Positions 60,055 to 64,000 of a DNA stretch of 64,000 bases are shown here, one piece after another (position 1 is the first letter of the stretch; every line of letters begins with the position of its first letter). This DNA is from Leucoraja ocellata. Taxonomy: Eukaryota. The stretch is from positions 8,928,001 through 8,992,000 of the forward strand of contig JAWMAR010000061.1 of the NCBI GenBank assembly GCA_036785375.1. The letters are read 5' to 3'. A model generated the notes under the pieces. It ran no database searches and was not told where the DNA came from. It saw only the letters and a program-made list of their open reading frames with translations. The position numbers were made by a program, and so were the translations under genes.

Positions 60055-61652
60055 CAGTGCATTCAGAAAGTATTCAGATCCCTTCCCTTTTTCCACATTT
60101 TGTTATGTTACAGCCTTATTTTAAAATGGATTAAATTCATTTTTTTAATCATCAGTCTACACACAATACCCCAGATTGAAGATGCGAAAATAGGTGTTTT
60201 TGCAAAGTAATTAAAAAGAAATGAACTGACATATTACATTTACATAAGTATTCAAACCCTTTTCTATGACACTCAAAATTGAGCTTAGGTTCATCTTGTT
60301 TCCATTGATTATCCTTGAGATGTTGCTGCAACTTGAATGGAGTCCACTAGTGGTAAATTAAATTTATTGGACATGATTTGGAAAGGCACACACCTGTCTA
60401 TATAAGGTCCCACAGTTGACAGTGCATGTCAGCAAAAACCAAGCTATGAAGACGAAGGAATTCTCCGTAGACCTTCGAGACAGGATTGTGTCGAGACACA
60501 GACCTGAGGAAGGGTATAAAACAATTTCTGCAGCATTGCATGTCCCGAAGCGCTCAGTGGCCTCTGTCATTCTTAAATAGAAGAACTTTGGAACCACCAA
60601 GACTCTTAATGGAGCTAGCCGCCCGGCCAAACTGAGCAATCGGGGAGAAGGGCCTTGGTCAGGGAGGTGACCAAGAACCCGATGGTCACTCTGACAAAGC
60701 TCCAGAGTTCCTCTGTGGAGATGGGAGAACCTTCCAGAAAGTCTACAGCACTCCCACCAATCAGGCCTTTATGGTAGAGTGGCCAGATGTAACTCCTCAG
60801 TAAAAGGCACATGACAGCCTGCTTGGTTTGCCAAAAGGCACCTAAAGGACTCTCAAAACATGCGAAATAAGATTCTCTGGTCTGATGAAACCAAGATTGA
60901 ACTCTGGCCTGAATGCCAAGTGTCACGTCTGGAGGAAACAGGCACCGCTCATCACCTGGCCAATACCATACCTATGGTGAAGCACAGTGGTGACAGCATC
61001 ATACTGTGGGGATGTTTTTCAATGGCAGGAACTGGGAGACTAGTTAGGATCACGGGAAAGATGAACGGAGCAAAGTACAGGGAGATCCTTGATGAAAACC
61101 TGCTCCAGAGCCTTCTGGACCTCAGACTGGGACAGAGGTTCACCTTCCAACTGGACAACGGCCCTAAGCACACAGTCAAGACAACGCATGACTAACTTTG
61201 TGACAAAGCTGTGAATGTACTTGAGCGGCCCGGCCCAGCCAGAGCTCGGACTTGAACCCAATTGAACATCTCTGGACCTGAAAATAGCTGTGCATCGACG
61301 CTCCCTCCAACCAGACAGAGCTTGAGAGGATCTGCAGAGAAGAATGGGAGATATTACCCAAATACAGGTGTGCCAAGCTTGTAGTGTCCTACCCAAGAAG
61401 TCTTGAGGCTGTAATCGCTGGCTAAAGGTGCCTCAATAAAGTACTGAGTAAAGGGTGTAAATACTTATGAAAATGTGATATTTCAGTTATTTCTTTTTAA
61501 TTACTTTACAAAAATTTCTAAACACCTGTTTTCACTTTTATTATGAGGTATTGGGTGTAGATTGATGATAAAACAATGAATTGATTTTAGAATAAGGCTG
61601 TAACGTAAAATGTGAAAAAAGTGAAGGGGTCTGAATACTTTCTGAATGCGCT
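60055..61652 (+). mobile_element. Tc1/mariner DNA transposon, copy 2, full-length but defective
   Basis: Same family. TA-CAGTGCATTCAGAAAGTATTCAG at the left end, decayed right end ctgaatgcgct-TA. Transposase remnant at 60446-61447 ([24 protein letters not shown]). Confidence 0.95.
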
Positions 61653-62841
61653 TAAAGTAATGTTCCCATTTGCTAAGCTTAAATGGTGGAGTGCTGCAAT
61701 GGAACACTTTTTTGACAGCAAAGGCAGAATCAAGGAAAGTGGCATTTATGATGTTCCTGAAAGAGTGATATTTGGAGCAGTTGCAGAAGTCTTGGTCAGA
61801 CAGGAGCATTAAGGGGTGTTTATTTTCCAAGACAGATTACACTCTAAGGCTAGCCAGTGAAGGATAGTGGAAACTAGCATGGAATTAGAATCAGAATAAT
61901 TTTAATGCTAAACTAAGTTCTAATTGATCTCTGCTGCCATTATCCTAACATGTAATTTTGAAGACTGCAATGTCTCAAATTGGGTTGGGCCATTCCAGGC
62001 AGATCAGTACTTTGGAAGGAGGAGAGTAAAAGGGAGTCACGTCACAGATTTGCTGTTGGGAGCAGATGGGATGTTTCTTTTTCGCTATGTAAAATAGTAA
62101 ATTGGATTGGGAAAGTCTTTGCAAAGCAGTAACTCTAAAATTAATGTTACATACCTTTCCACCTGACTTCCACCGGTCGTTTGTTAGCAATTGATCTATT
62201 CCAGTTGCAAAAAGAAAACATCTTGTTTTGACTTTCTTGTTGGCACATCAGCAAAAGACTGAACGCTTCGATGCACAGAGCCGCCACTCTCAGATTGGAA
62301 TAATTGTTACTAACAGATTTGCACATTTGGAGAACCTTGGCATGGAGACATGAAATCAGAATTTATTGCCAGCCTCATTGTTGCTGCTGGTTTGCAATGG
62401 TCAAGACAGAGGTACTTGGAGACTCTGCTCCCCAGCAGGTCACGTTTGAAGAACTGAAGAAGGGTCTTGACCCAAAATGTCACCCATTCCTTTTCTCCTG
62501 CGATGCAGTCTGACCTACTGAGTTACTCCAGCTTTTTGTGTCTATCCCGGGTCTCATTAATCCATTTACTAACAAGTGCCACAGCATTTCATTTTTTGTG
62601 CGATGGGCAATGATCAGAACAGGCTTGAGCAGGACAACCAGGAAATGCAATGTGGGAAGGAGCTACAGACGCTGGCTTGCCTGATGTGGAGGAAACATAG
62701 AAACAGAAAATAGGTGCAGGAGTAGGCCATTCGGCCCTTCGAGCCTGCACCACCATTCAATATGATCATGGCTGATCATCCACATCAGTATCCCATACCT
62801 GCCTTCTCTCCCTACCCCCGGATCCCCAGTTAGGAGACATC

Positions 62842-63012
62842 CAGATGCTGGCTTACCAGACGTGGAGGGGCTACAGATGCTGGTCTACCAGATGTGGAGG
62901 GGCTACAGATGCTGGTCTACCAGATGTGGTGGGGCTACAGATGCTGGTTTACCAGATGTGGAGGGGCTACAGATGCTGGTTTACCAGATGTGGAGGGGCT
63001 ACAGATGCTGGT
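62842..63012. repeat. 32-bp minisatellite, ~5.3 copies (CAGATGCTGGTYTACCAGATGTGGAGGGGCTA)
   Basis: Units start at 62842, 62874, 62906, 62938, 62970 and 63002. A degenerate unit lies at ~62649-62692. Confidence 0.95.
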
Positions 63013-63300
63013 CGGGCGGGCACGTACAGCGCGCTGACGTCACAGAGCGGGGGAAGGCCGGGGCGGAGGAGGCGCGCAGTGTGATGGCGGCCGAGGCCGG
63101 GCCCGGGGGTGAGCGGGGCGGGGCGGGGATGAGGGCGCTGGGGCCCGGGACGGGGGCTGGGGCTGGGGCCGGGAACGGCGCCGGGGAGGCGGTGTCTGCA
63201 GCGGGCGGGGGACGAGTACCACAGGCCGGCGGGGAGAGGCCCGGGGCTGGGCCGAGGTAGCGGCGGCTGGTTGCCGTGGTAACGCCGGGCCCAGCCCGCA
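63013..63300 (+). promoter_or_regulatory. Second CpG-island promoter (next gene)
   Basis: GC- and CpG-rich. CRE at 63035-63042, GC boxes, ATGGCGGC (YY1-like and Kozak) at 63084, RFX X-box GTTGCCGTGGTAAC at 63270-63283. Confidence 0.8.
63084..63108 (+). CDS. Probable short first coding exon of the downstream gene (MAAEAGPG-); BBS4 is the candidate by synteny
   Basis: Strong Kozak gtgATGG followed 25 nt later by a good donor G/gtgagc. BBS4 lies downstream of ARIH1 in other vertebrates and has a very short first coding exon. The peptide is too short to verify. Confidence 0.4.
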
Positions 63301-64000
63301 CTATGGTTCATCAGGTCACGGGACACAGGAGCAGGGTCAGGCCAATCGGCCCATCAAGTCTATTCCTCCATTCAATCTCTGATCTATCTCTCCTTCCTAA
63401 CCCCATTCTCCTGTCTTCTCCCCATAACCCCTGACACCCGCACTAATCAACTATCTATCTCTCTCTCCCACTAGTGGAAACATCCTCTCCACATCCACTC
63501 AATGGTACTTTATGTCACTTGTACCTAGGGACAGTGGAATTCCCTTTTGGCATACAGTTCAGTAAAAATCTTACCAAATATAGGCACAATCAGACAAGAA
63601 TGTGACAATAGTGGATGACACCGAGACAGTACACAAGAGGCTCCACATTTCCAGCGACATCTTGTTCAATTTTAAAATGTTAACCAATATAAAATAGAAA
63701 ATAGGTGCGGGAAGATGCCAGCTCGAAGGGTTAAGAAGATTCTTAACTCCATCAAGGCCCGTTGTCCTGGCGGCTGCACTGAGTTGAAGTTGCAGGGGTC
63801 AGTCTGACCAGACCACGTAGTCAATATCCTCCACCACTGCTCCATGTCGCTGCATGCTGCGTCTAATCCAAGCACTCAGACTCTTGGAGCAGCACCTGAT
63901 CACCGCGCAGTCCAGGGCTGTAGAGGTCCCCCAGCGACCCACTCCGCAAACACTGCACAAAGATTGCCCAGCACACACCAATTACATTTCCCACCTCTCA

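Noticed and set aside
55719-61447. Tc1 transposase ORF pieces as functional genes
   Set aside because: Both copies have several stops, frameshifts and deletions, so neither can encode an intact transposase.
55195-61654. Haplotype or assembly duplication as the explanation for the two Tc1 blocks
   Set aside because: The bodies differ by several percent with distinct indels, the right flanks are unrelated and exon 14 is single-copy. Long reads would still be the final test.
62842-63012. Regular 32-bp repeats superficially like a CRISPR array
   Set aside because: No unique spacers, head-to-tail tandem units, and a eukaryotic context with no cas genes.
62845-63326. Overlapping 60-132 aa ORFs on both strands
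   Set aside because: They arise from the stop-poor minisatellite and GC-rich island. Only the short ATG-to-donor segment is plausible.

Overview
Vertebrate nuclear DNA. The repeat landscape (HE1-type SINEs, CR1/HER1, Rex1/Babar and many Penelope termini) points to a cartilaginous fish, probably a skate or ray (inference). The window holds one complete protein-coding gene on the + strand: ARIH1, an Ariadne RBR E3 ubiquitin ligase. It has 14 coding exons from ATG 9560 to TGA 57476, all GT-AG, giving 1593 nt and 530 aa, with a CpG-island promoter (E2F, CRE, ETS motifs) and a CTCF-like site 3.7 kb upstream. A second CpG-island promoter and probable first exon start near 63.0 kb. It carries a perfect RFX X-box, and BBS4 is the candidate by vertebrate synteny (unproven). 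Nearly all other listed ORFs are spurious or transposon debris. Most notable observations: (1) a P-element-like MITE with an 8-bp TSD, plus a 26-bp palindromic remnant that looks like a P-type excision footprint; (2) many Penelope-derived micro-insertions with hammerhead-ribozyme core motifs, long TSDs and 4-nt microhomology, one forming a 94-bp intronic hairpin; (3) two Tc1 elements sharing a ~198-bp left flank with two AATAAA hexamers, one copy lying in the last ARIH1 intron; (4) an E-box-rich 32-bp minisatellite directly abutting the downstream promoter. All calls were made by eye without database searches.
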